This document shows, piece after piece, positions 38,698 to 51,815 of a DNA stretch of 64,000 nucleotides (positions within the stretch are counted from its first letter, which is position 1; each line of letters opens with the position of its first letter). The notes under the pieces were generated by a model. That model did no database searches and had not been told where the DNA came from. It saw only the letters and a list, made by a program, of their open reading frames with translations. A program made the translations under genes and the position numbers. The stretch lies in NCBI GenBank assembly GCA_951406725.2, contig OX597817.1:116870001-116934000 (forward strand). The letters are read 5' to 3'. The DNA comes from Octopus vulgaris (lineage: Eukaryota).

Positions 38698-38806
38698 AAA
38701 CCACTAACGACATTTCGGGCATTTTTTCGAGTGCGCAGAGATGAACGACAAAGTCTCCTTGGTGAATTTGTTCTCCGACAATATATCCCCCAAAGGGAGT
38801 TGCTCC

Positions 38807-38855
<49 letters not shown>

Positions 38856-38871
38856 TAATAATTATTATTAT

Positions 38872-38946
<75 letters not shown>

Positions 38947-39109
38947 TATTATTATTATTATTGTTATTATTATTAATCCAGCTTCTGCGACCATAGGTCG
39001 AGGCACTACGTACAGAAGAGGCGAGAGTGGGTATCATTGACAGATAGAATGAGCGAAGCTAAATGATTCCAATAGGTATCCATTTACTTTAACCACTGAA
39101 CAGATTTAC

Positions 39110-42100
39110 ATTGCAGTGATCAAGACTCTGAAAACGTGACCGAAAACCCGCTGTCGTGAGAACAGCCTACAAGTATTGGTGGTTGACCTTATGAAAAGCT
39201 TTCGACTGATCCAAATTGATCAGGGCTCCAACTATGCCAGTTTCCTTACCCACCCCCTCTAGGTAAGATAGTGCATGTCTGCGCGTCACAAACGAAAGTA
39301 ACGATGACAAATGTCAACCTCTTGGCCAACACCTTGGCCAAAATCTAATAACGTATATCCAGCAGAGGTAGAGGCATAAAATTATCAATTTTTTGCATTC
39401 CTTGTTCTGATCCTTCCTCAACAGGACAACTACTCCTTGGCTCACGACACTGGGAAATCTACCGTTCTGCTGCCAGCTATCGTAGAGACCACGGAAGAAG
39501 TCTGGCATATGAAAAAAAAAGCTCGATGGGCAGACCATCATGCCCCAGAGACTTTTCTCTTGTCCAGATTGTCATCGCACCCCCACACGTCTCGGTATTT
39601 CGCAGAACTCCGCCTCCCTGGCAGGGAGGCATGGCATGCTACGGTGAAATCCACCACGATCCCTGGACCACCGCGCACCTCATACAGTTCGGCGAAGTAC
39701 CGCGGAAATTCCGCACACATCTGCTTGTACTCGGTTATCATGAACTCATTACAGCTCATCAAAGACCGAATTGTTGCATTGTTTCCACGAAGCGACTCTG
39801 CTGCGCGGGCCCATTGGACGACTTTCGTCCCTTCCCGTCTCAGTGCACTAGCTCTGACAATGCAACCTTCGTGCTTGTCATTGAAGAATTGATGAAGAGC
39901 GAATCTCGCCGCCAGGACGTCGATTGCTATGCCTTTCTTAAGCGCCTCTTCTAGTTTCCTATTTAGGACTCCCTCTATGCTAGATTCCTCTAACGATGTT
40001 TCCTTAAAACCTACTGCCTCTAATCTAATAGCCCTTTTCAATACTATCCACCAACGGCTGTTGGTGATTGCTCCCGCCTACTCTTGATGGACTAAATCAC
40101 TAACCTGTCAATGGAAAGAATGACATTTAATAAATATAAATCATAAGTGGTAACATGTTCAACAACAATGATAAAAATATGTGTACATCCACATGTATTG
40201 ACTAACAAACAAATAATCCAGTGATGGACTAATTCGCTAACCAGTTAGCCAACTGAAAGCAACTGTGCAGATTTGTGAGGCTTTTTCTCTACCTCTACTA
40301 TCAGCTAGCCCCACCCTATCCAAGTTGCATCCAAGATGCCTTCTAGTCACCCACTAACGTTAAAGAGTGGGACGTCCCAAGGAAAACCTCCAAACATTTG
40401 AAGAAACTTGGCTTCTCCAACCCTGTGAGCGCAGAAACATTGAATAGTCTAAAGGCACCACCTTCACTCACAGGGTCTAGGAAGATCGTCCGAATTTCAA
40501 AATCTAGACATTTCCTAAAGAGAACTGCCACCCCGCTTCCCCTTTCGACTCGACTAATTGATGTGTAGATCTCATAAACCTCGAAAATGGGTGTAAGATT
40601 GCTTTTGTGGGAAACCCTGATCTCACTGGCTACTATCCATCCAAACGTAGCGATCTGAAGTCATTGAGGAAGCGACCTTGCTTCCAACCTTACATCAGGC
40701 CGCGAACACTTATGCAGCACAATCTGACAATCACCATGACGGCTCGAAAGGGTTGATAGAAAGGAAAAAAGGCGGTGTTACTATCCTGGTGCTATTGGCA
40801 GCCCGGTGACCTGGGTTCCAGATCTGGTTCCTCTGGGAAACAGGCTAAAACCTCTTCATGGCCCGGACGTTTGGCCTTCCCACATCACGCGGGAAGTCCC
40901 TCTCAATTTCTCTGTATGCTTTGAGTGTCCTAAGGGTGCTGCTGTCATAAGTTGCCCCCTCTCTCTCACTCTTCTTCCTTGTGGCTATGAGAGCCAACAA
41001 AAATTGTTTGGCTCTCCTCACGAACACGTAATTCGGTGTTTCCGTATTGGTGACTGTAAGCTTTCTTTTCGGGGCTACATGTGGGTGTGAGTACATTGGT
41101 GTATTTGGTTGGGGTAGTAGTGGTTGTGTGGATGGTGGTGCTGGCGTTTTCGCAGTGTCTACGTTCGATATGCTGAGGGATTCTGTGTTTTCAGGTGTTG
41201 GTATAGGTTCGCCTGTCTTTTTTTCAGTTTTCCTTACATTTTTCTGCTTTGTTAGGTTCTTCCTCATCTTCACTACCGGATGGGGAGGGACTAGTGTGTG
41301 TAAAATCTTTCTTGGAGAGTGCGAGTGCATCTGTAGTAGTGTGAGTGTGTCTGTGGCCGTGTGAGTGTGTTTGTGAGAGTGTCTGCTTGAAAGACAGGGT
41401 GAGGAGTGGCTGGTTTGGCAGATAGCTTGGGTGGGGTTCTCCATTCTATGAGGTTCATGGGCCTCTGTTGTTGTTGGAGATGAAACTACCGTTTTATTAA
41501 AAGGTCTCTGTTGTTGTTGTTGTTGCTGTTGCTGTTGTTGTGGGTGCGATGTTGACTGCAGGTGTGGCCACGCACCTCCCAACTTTTTGGGCGGAAGGCT
41601 CACGGGTGGCTTGAGGCCAAAGAAATGTCACATTTGTGCATCATGTCTTCCACGACAACACACATTCCACCTCGTTGGGCAGCTGGATCATGTCCAAGAT
41701 CTCAAAATTATCTGGTTTCACATGGATTAATAGTTCTAAGTTGATGCTACAGCAATTCTCCCTGCTGCTCCTTTTTACCTCCAGGCATGTCCCTGAGTAC
41801 TGCACAGGTTAGAATCCGCCAGACGTTTACGCCCGGTTTCACGCCATTTACTCTAACTCTGGTCGTTCCCTTTGGGAGGTAAACGAGTTACAGGACTCAC
41901 TCCTCAATCCATCGACGTGGCACTGCATTTCATTGCGCGAGGTCTTCATTTTTAAAGAGGACCTCAATGATCGCAAACTGCTTCCCTCTATATATATGTG
42001 CTACTTCTATTAAAATTTCACTGAGGGCTTTCTCAATATGATTGATGGAAGCTAATTCACCTCTCCTACTTTTGCACGATACGCATCTTCTATTTTTCCT

Positions 42101-42976
42101 CTTTTATTTCGGAAGTACATGCACTGTAAACTTACCCTCCTTAAATTTAATGATATCTTTCGATCTTGAGATTTCACGTGTTTTGTCATCGAGTGCGATG
42201 GCAAACATTTCTCTCTTTGTGTTCGCTACATCAGCAAGCCATTTTATTTTTGTTGTTGTTGTTGTTGCTGTCGTTACGGTTATTGTTGTTGTTACTGCTG
42301 CTGTTGCTGATGGTAATGGTGGTGGAGTTGTGGCCACTTGTACTGTTACCATTCTCTCTATTTTCCTCCAGTTCGCCTTCAATTGTAGGATTGTCTTTTC
42401 CAATAAAATCCGTAGCATTGTTAACGAAACGGCTGCCTCTGCTACTACTGTCACTGTCACTGCTGTTGCTGGTGCTCTTGCTGTTTTCACATTGTTGTTC
42501 CTACGACAACTACTACTGCTGCTGTTACTGCTGCCTCTGTTGCTGTCACTGATATCACAGCTGTTTTCGATGTTACCACAGCTCTTACTACGAGGTGGAC
42601 TTTCTAATTTTTCTCCCTTTTCTCCTTTCCCTCTCTTGTATTGTCGCCAATAACGGAGGGAAGGGGAAGGGAAACCTCAGCAGTCACTAGACCTGCAGGA
42701 GAGGAGGTTTTCCCATAACACTTTCAAGATGCGCCCCGCGATCTTGCTGAATTGTATATGATTAAGCAAGAATGGAACTTATTTGGTGGGCCGCATATAG
42801 CCCCTTCAGGGGCCAAACAAGCAGGGAAGACCAGTGGCAGGTTCCTTGTGTTTCTATTAACAACTTGGAACAAAATGTAAACCGAAAAAAAAAACGGCAC
42901 CGAACTGGTGTAAAAAAATGCGTAAACTGCACCTACATGGAACGCTCGAAAGCACGTCCGATATACACCGCAGGAA
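39110..42976 (-). mobile_element. L1/Tx1-clade non-LTR retrotransposon, decayed and 3'-truncated
   Basis: Putative 5'UTR to about 42976; low-complexity ORF1 remnant at 40845-42650; APE remnant GVAVLFRK...LTLVGD; RT start SWQQNGRFPSVVSQGVVVLLRKD and GALINLDQSKAFHKVNHQY (about 39175-39230). Confidence 0.85.
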
Positions 42977-43047
<71 letters not shown>

Positions 43048-43048
<1 letters not shown>

Positions 43049-43908
43049 GGGTTTATCATAGCAGCTCAAGATCAATGCCTACCAACAAGAAACTACCAGG
43101 CCAACATATTAAAGATCAGAAGCAGTCCAACGTGTCGTGTATGCAAGCAACAAAATGAAACCATTGACCATGTGGTCTCCAAGTGCAGTCTTCTAGCGCC
43201 TACAGAATATCTCAACAGGCACGATAGAGCTGCACAATATATTCACTGGGTAATCTGTAAAAACCTGGATTTGCCCCATGAAAAAAACTGGTGGGAACAC
43301 AAACCACCCCCAGTGCTTGAAAATGACCACATCTCACTCCTCTGGAACTTCGCCATTCAAACTGACAGAAAGATAGATGCAAATAGGCCAGACATCATAT
43401 TGAAAGACTTCAAACAAAGAACATGCCTCCTCATTGATATGACTGTCCCAATCGATATAAACGTATCTGTCAAGACCTACCAAAAACTGAGCAAATATAA
43501 AGATCTTGAAATAGAAATCAGCAAAATGTGGAAGCTGAAGACTAAAACAATACCTGTTGTCATAGGTGCCCTGGGAATGATAGCAAAAGGGGCAGATAGC
43601 TACCTAACTCAGATACCAGGAAACCCCAAAATGGCAGAAATTCAAAAGATAGTGCTCATGGGAACTGCTCATATCCTACGCAAAATACTTTCTATGTAAT
43701 CTCAAGGTTTAAAACAAACATAATTTTCGGTTTAAAAAAAAAAAAAAAAAAAATTTTTTAGACATTCATTAGTACAACACCCCCACCCGCCAAATATATG
43801 GCACACTAGGCATAACAACAACATGAACTTCCAACCCTGTTGTCTCTTGAGGTCTCTGGGTGAGACTTGGAGCCAACTTGTACAAATATAAAGCAAAAGT
43901 CAAACATA

Positions 43909-43909
<1 letters not shown>
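43048..43909 (+). mobile_element. R4/Dong-clade element, 5'-truncated copy with CCHC knuckle, RLE endonuclease and 3'UTR
   Basis: Open frame GFIIAAQDQCLPTRNY...CRVCKQQNETIDHVVSKC...RHD...NRPDIIL...LIDMTVP...KLSKYKDL to stop 43699; (TAA)n on both flanks. Confidence 0.95.
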
Positions 43910-43941
<32 letters not shown>

Positions 43942-43972
43942 TAATAATAATAATGATAATAATGATAATAAT

Positions 43973-44513
43973 TGCTCTGATGCAGTACCAGAGAGTGGCT
44001 CTCATGTCTTCTGATCATAATTGATTGGAAGTGTTATCATGTACATTGTGTTGTCTTGGTATAAAAGATGGGCTACAGCAAGCTCAATACCACAGATTTG
44101 CTTGTCAGTTGTTTGACCTTAACCAGTTGAACATGTCGCTTAGTGGCTGATGATATGTGCATCACTGACCACGAGCATAAGTAGTGGGGGAGCCTCATAG
44201 CCGTGTGTTGGAAGGAATTTCTTGGAGGTTTGGATAATTCACCTTTCAAAACATGGGGGCGTCGTTCAACATCCTTAAACAATCATTATTCAGGAACCTT
44301 TTGAGCTAGATGGTCTGCTCGACCTGAAGAAAATTCTAACTGGGTCCAACTTGCAAGGTCATGCGCTGTTTATCTTGATATGAGATCACCATGTCGCGCA
44401 CATTTGGCTGTGATGCATGTGCCTGGTGTACGGGTAGTCATAATGGGTATACTGGGCTTCATATATTTTACCCCAGTGTCACCTTGATGGCATGCACTGC
44501 TCTCTCACCCAAT

Positions 44514-44515
<2 letters not shown>
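43973..44515 (+). mobile_element. Non-coding repeat of about 550 bp in a (TAA)n array, copy 2
   Basis: Colinear with 11608-12150; (TAA)n on both sides. Confidence 0.85.
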
Positions 44516-44570
<55 letters not shown>

Positions 44571-44590
44571 GATAATGATAATGATAATAC

Positions 44591-44626
<36 letters not shown>

Positions 44627-44644
44627 TAATAATAATAATAATAA

Positions 44645-44675
<31 letters not shown>

Positions 44676-44702
44676 AAGAAGAAGAAGAAGAAGAAGAAGA
44701 CG

Positions 44703-44743
<41 letters not shown>

Positions 44744-44744
44744 C
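44516..44744. repeat. Compound microsatellite (TAA)n(GAA)n(CAA)n
   Basis: Direct reading. Confidence 0.97.
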
Positions 44745-45540
44745 TTTATGTAGAAGTATTTGAAAATTAACTAGATGTTCGATAGGCTAGTAATAAGACA
44801 ACAGAATTTTTTTAGGAGAATAATTTCTGAGAAGAGTCACCACAATAACAATAATGGACAAATGAAGGATGCGTGGAAATAAAGGAAGGAAACAACTCGC
44901 AAAAAGAGGTATTGAAAGATATTACATTAAACTGGCGATTAGAAGCTTTAAAGAATGTATATAATATAGTGGTTATGCATTAAGATACCGACGAAATCAG
45001 AGAAAGCCTCATAGAATCACTTCTCTTAGTCAATTTCATTTTGGTTTCCTACCACTAAAGAAAGACAAATACTAAAGTTCACTGAACCATAACCTTCACT
45101 ATAACAGCTTACAAAGATTTGACAGAAATAAAATTGCTGAATATAAAGAAACATCTCGATAAATATTTTCTTATTAAGGAAGTTGAATAGGATTGTACGA
45201 CTGTACGAGTTCATTTCTAATGAACAAAGACTTTACTGAAGTGCAGCAGGAAAATCTCCTGTCATTGGATGGCTTGATCCTGAAAACTTCTTTGACAGCG
45301 TTGTCCAGAAAAGGATACTCTCTGTTGCAAATAGCTTAAAGCGAAATGTCGGTCTAGACTGACAAGAATCGGATAGCAAATATCATGCTTGTTAATAGCA
45401 ATAGCTTCAAACCCCACCACGAATAGTAAACAGTTATATTAGAAGAATTGATATGGAATTTGAATATAAAAGAAAAGCACGAACACGTCAAACAGGAAAC
45501 GAGGTTTAAAATATCCAATAGAAATGCTTGATAAACATAA

Positions 45541-45549
45541 TACTTCTTC

Positions 45550-45581
<32 letters not shown>

Positions 45582-45596
45582 CTTCTTCTTCTTCTT

Positions 45597-45677
<81 letters not shown>

Positions 45678-45680
45678 GCA
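45541..45680. repeat. Compound microsatellite (CTT)n(CTA)n(CCA)n
   Basis: Direct reading; adjoins a SINE B tail at 45697-45830 on the minus strand. Confidence 0.95.
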
Positions 45681-47926
45681 CTACCGCCACGACTAATGGT
45701 TTCAAATTTTGCCACAAGGCCTGAAAATTTTGCCACAAGACCACAACACCTGCAAGTTTGGAGGAGGGGATGAGTCGATTACAACGGCCAGTAGCAGTGT
45801 TCAACAGGTACTTATTTTATCGACCCCGAATTATAGACCCTCTCTATTATAGAGAAGGACATATTGACAACATCCTATATCATTTGTTGCGGTCTAATTA
45901 GAAACGTAACTAAACATGTAGCTGCATCTTCAATGTACAAAAGTAAAGTAACACAGCAATAATATATTGGACACTGGAGGTATGAGTTTAAAAAGGCTGT
46001 TATTGAAAACGCATGGAAATATATGTGGATTGTTAAAAACGAAATACTCTAAAACACATTAAGAAAGATTCCTAAACTCGATACGAATAAAAACAATCTA
46101 CTGAAACAAAGATGAGAAGGCGCCACCTGATTGCATTCTGCTCCTTCCAATCCGTGCAAATTGTCTTCTCTGAAAATTTGCTTGATTAATTTCAGCAACT
46201 TAATTGTCGAAGAGAGAAGAAGTGCTCCAACTTAGGTTCACAATCTTTTGGCTGTTGATATGCCACTAAAATCTCATCTGCCATTGAGAATCATCTGGTA
46301 CTCCTCCATCTCAAGCAGCAAAGAAAATACTTTGCTTACCTTTTATCTTGTGAGCACATGATTCGCACCCCCATTCATTTCTTACCGTCGTTTGCTTCGG
46401 TTTCCATCCCTTCTCAAAGCAACAAAATTATGGGGGTGGTAGTGCTGATCGTAGGTACTGCTCAGTCTTTCGCCTCACGAGGAAACTCACTATATTCTCT
46501 GCCATCATCATTTCCCTGGTCTGTATTATAATGGGATCGTGGTAATTTCTTTGGCATTTATTTCGGCTACTTGGAGATGAGCCAGGGGATGTTGTAACCA
46601 TAGAAGAATCCGACATAGTTTCAGTAACGAGTACTTCTGCTACAGTTCCTGCTTAATTCCATATTTTTCTATTGCCTTGCCTTTCCTTCTAAGCGGGAGT
46701 ATCAATCCTTTCTCTGTATAACTCTTGGCAAACGAAATTATCTCATCTACCATGACTGATCCATTGGATCGACTCCATAACATAACCACTTCTTCAATGA
46801 AGTACATCTACTGAATAGTCGTATAACTTTCGGCAATAAATAGAACCTGGATGGTCTTACCGATTCGACATCACCAGATGTTGTTTAGAACCAAACTTAC
46901 TGCTATACTCATATCCACACTGTTGCAAAAAGGTAGCATGCTAAAGTTTGAAGCTTCTTCTAATAACTTAATAGTTCCTCATGAAGTGTACAGATCTATA
47001 CACTTCACAATTTTTTTTTCTTTGATCTTAAAATGAAGTTCATCCTCCAGCATGTTTAAACACCATGTAAGCATTATTTCTCTTCGAAACTTAGATATGC
47101 TACTTAGGTTGTTAGAGTGTATACATTAGTGCTATTTTGCGAGAGAATTATGTGTTCATATCAGTATACGTGTGGCTAACCGTTGCTAAATGTTTGTCCA
47201 GTTTATAAGAAATCTGTCTCGTAATTCTAACATTAAAGGTTCCATATTATTGTGCTGCACCTTGGGCATGTATCATTTTTCATCAAATATGGATATTTAT
47301 GAGACTTGTGAATGAAAGGAAATTACCAGAATCCACACTCAAACATGTAGCAGTAATTCTAACAGGCAGGCCTGATCTGGATGTTGAATCTCAATAAAGA
47401 TTAATTGTGAATTTTGTGATTTACTCAACTATATATCAGTAATTATATGATATTTCAAGGTACATGTAGTATTTGTAGCTCATACAGCTAGAGAAATAAT
47501 CGCAGAAACTGACGACGCATCCATTTACTTGTTAATATAGCAGTACAACTATGAATATTTTATATTCTCATGTATGTATTGGCATATATATTTTCAATAG
47601 TAGATAATTTTATAATATACATAACTAAAGTGGACATTCTGATTCTGTTTGCCTAAAACATAGGTTTTATTTTCCCACCGGCAGGGCAACATAATGCATA
47701 TACACCAATTTTTTGAAAATGAATGAAAGTAATTAGCCCTACACGGCGAGTGTCCACCTACGAAACAGAAACTTCAGTTCATTGGTATTATGGATTTCCA
47801 GACTTAATCATCTACTACAGTTAAGTGCATATTGTAGGAGGTGAGAACACAATATGGAAAAAAGTTGCCTGATAATTAGAGAGAAATCGAAAGATAAATG
47901 TATGCATGTGAATTGCACATATGTAT

Positions 47927-47969
<43 letters not shown>

Positions 47970-48011
47970 TATATGTATGTATACATATATATGCATATTG
48001 TGTGTATGTGA

Positions 48012-48042
<31 letters not shown>

Positions 48043-48717
48043 TATCGATATATAAATAGATAAATAAATAGATAGATAAATCCGTGTGTGCGTACACTCT
48101 CTCTGTATATATGTAAATATTTATGAAGCTCAATAAATGGATTAATGCATGTAGAATAGATAATAACTTAGGATGATACTGCTTTTTCTATATCATTGAT
48201 AAGCACGTCTGTTTCAGAAACAACGAAAGCAAAAGCGCAAAACTATAATAGCAGCATTAGAAATGTTTTAAAACCACCACACATAATATATGTACTAAGT
48301 TCTATGTATATATTATAATGAACACGTGAGAAGCTGTTAAAAGAATGACATCTTTACCACCAACATGAACATCGTAAAAAAATTAAAAGTAAAAGGGGAA
48401 AAATACGTATCTCTTCAATCATCCCATCTCATTATCTTGAGATTTTAGTTTGTATTAACGAAAAATAAAAAATCTAATTATGAGAAATGCAAAAATATAG
48501 GAAAAATAACAATAACAGGAAAATGTTATCAATAATCTAACTAAGGAGAGGGAAAAGATTTGAGAATTTCTCCATAAATTTTTGATATGTGTTGATTAAT
48601 ATTTACTAACCACGGTAACCATCAACGATTGAAAGCATCTGCTCTCCTGTTCATCTTTATTATATCTTTGTGACACCGTCCCCTTAATGCTGTATTATAT
48701 ACTCTCTAGTTATCACT

Positions 48718-48809
<92 letters not shown>

Positions 48810-49031
48810 GTATGCATGTATAGTGTGTGTTTGGGCGCGCGCTTATGTACATGTACGTATGTGCCTGCGTAAATACTGATATTTGCACATATATGCATAC
48901 ATGTATACATACATATGCATACATCCATACTGTTCTATCTCGTATGTACTATCACCTTCTCACATTCAGATATACTGTTGCAGTGGTTTCCGTGTTTCTT
49001 GTTATCGATCAAATTTAATGTAGATTGGACT

Positions 49032-49068
<37 letters not shown>

Positions 49069-49107
49069 ATGTTTGAACGCGTGTGTAAATGTAAGTATAT
49101 ATGTAAG

Positions 49108-49177
<70 letters not shown>

Positions 49178-50004
49178 AAAACAAGTTAAATGCATAATTT
49201 AAAAGAATGTCGACTGTTGTAAAATGTCAAACATTTTGTATTCAATACATGACTAAAGAACAACAAGAGAAAACAGAAAAAAATCTTTAATGTTCGAATT
49301 TTAGTTAAAAGTATGTTTACTAATGGTAGAGGATCAAATGCTTGACGTTATTTAACGGACTTATAGCGGCGAGTAGTTTGAATCGTTTGTAGGCCGGGGA
49401 AAATATTCAGCGCCTTTTCGCCCGTCTTTATGTTCTGATTTCAAATTCTACCGTTGACGTGCAAAATGTTTCAACTTCAAGTAGTAGAATGACTACTAAT
49501 TTATGAGGCATATTATCGTATGCTCAATGTACACACTGTAATTTCCTGTGTATTGTAATAAATAAAGAAAGGTAATGAGGAAGTTTCTTCACAAATTTGT
49601 CTAAATCCAAACCCAGCTGTGTTTTCTGTCAAATGAACCAAATTCTAATATACTGCAATGCACAGTTTAAAAGACAATTTCCTCTGCTAAACAGGAATTG
49701 ACGTGTGGTATAATAGTTGATACTTTAGAGAAGTAAAAGTAATTATGTTAAAAGTGATTTAACATATACATTTATTAGGAGCTATCAGATCTCTTTATAT
49801 GAAGCTAGATAATCATTAGAAAGATAGCAAGCTCAACTTACGCAACAATACATTCTACCTAGTTAATATACACAAATGCTAACAGTGCCATTGAAAAGCA
49901 CAATCATGCAGATGACATCTGCTCGAAGTTTGCTTTATGAATAAAATTTAAATACCAAAATATAAAGAGAATATAACTAAAAATATAAAGCGTGTTACCG
50001 GCTA

Positions 50005-50193
50005 TATATTTCATGGCGTATATGTTACCCACCTGGACAGGACGTCGGTCCGTTGCAGGATACTCATTTTTGCCAACTGGGTGGATTGGAGCAACAAGAA
50101 ATAAAATGTCTTGCTCAAAAACACAACACATCGCGCGGCCCATGAATTGAAACCGCATTCCAAGAAACTTAACACTAAATCACGCACCTCCAC
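50005..50193 (-). mobile_element. tRNA-type SINE, third family
   Basis: Minus strand GGAGGTGCGTGATTTAGTGTTAAG (A-box-like), GGTTTCAATTC (B-box-like), GTGTTTTTGAGCAAGACATTTTATTTC. Confidence 0.7.
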
Positions 50194-50227
<34 letters not shown>

Positions 50228-50243
50228 ATATATATATATATAA

Positions 50244-50277
<34 letters not shown>

Positions 50278-50572
50278 GAGTAAATAATTTCTATAATGGT
50301 TTTAAAAAACAACAACAATTATTTACTGGTAGAATTCGGTATGTAAATATAACAGATTAACAGTAGGAACTTCTGTAAAGTTCAGTATATATATTATATA
50401 TAAATAAATGGGGCAGGCAACAGGTTGCTTGGCCGCATACCGAAAAATTAGAAATAGCAGTCAAGAGTGTTTATTTCTATTTTCTACAAATGGGACTCCA
50501 CATACGACATATCCCTGTAATTCACATATGCAAAACAGAAGGAAAAAATAACGAAAACAAAGTCTGGTGGTC

Positions 50573-50604
<32 letters not shown>

Positions 50605-51690
50605 TGTGTGTGTGTGTGTGTGTGTTGGGAGCGGTGTACATGTGTGAGTGTGAAAACGTTTGAATGCATATGCTCATATATAATTATACAGAGAGAGAAG
50701 GAAAGAGAGAGGAATTCAGATATGCAGATGAGCAGACAAGCAGACAAAGTAAGAAATACACCCCCATACGAATGGACAGTAGTATAAACCTGTAAAAAAT
50801 GACAGCATTTTAAAACTAATAAGCTAAAATTGCATTTAGAAATAAATCAACATGGGATACATATATTCGATATATACTTGTTAACATATTGTCAAGATGG
50901 TTTTTGCACCATGCTCATTTGCTAAAAAGTTGTGTATATTTTCAATAATCAATTTAGTACACATTCCACCCACGTACAGATTTAAATATCATTCTTAACG
51001 CTATATATATGCGTGTGTGTGTGTGCGTGTGTATAAAGTGTTAGAGCGAAACACAAATACGTCACAACACACAAATATTATTCTATATGCATTTATTGCA
51101 TATAGTTCTTCAGGTCAACATGAATTTCTGTAGGAAATAAATGCAGTAGATATATATTGAATAAACTTAGTATATATTGTGATATACTTCCGCAGTACAT
51201 CGTACATTACTGAACATAATTTAGACGTTCCTGCTTTGAAACACTTTATGAACATAGTTAGAATGGTATATCCTTGGCAGATTTTATTTTTAAAACTCAT
51301 CGATTTTTATGCTTAATTCAGTAAATCATTCAATGCAACGTCTTTTTGATAAGAATCTGCATTTAGTCAGGTAGCTTTTATCATTACTTGTAACCCAATA
51401 CAATCAAACGTTATTTTTGCTAGCACTATATTTATAAAAAATACGCAGCAAAGATTATTGTTGAAGATAAATATAATACAAGTTGTTTAGTATTTTCGTC
51501 CATAAAGTGAGTTGAACTTTCGTCTCTTCCCATTAGTGCTACCACTGATCCACATGTAAAATATATTGACACTATTTAGAAAAAAACTACACGCACCTCT
51601 CGCGCACATACACATAAATTTTCTGTATATATGCGTGTGTATATACGTTTACACACACACACACACACACACGCACACATATATATAATG

Positions 51691-51815
<125 letters not shown>

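Noticed and set aside
42042-42653. 203-aa plus-strand hydrophobic ORF
   Set aside because: Antisense of the trinucleotide-rich L1/Tx1 ORF1 region
44147-44180. CTGATGA in the 550-bp TAA-associated element
   Set aside because: No GAAA partner, and the motif is not conserved in the other copy
46100-47260. GC-richer block that may be an old retroelement
   Set aside because: No motif or terminus identifiable by eye
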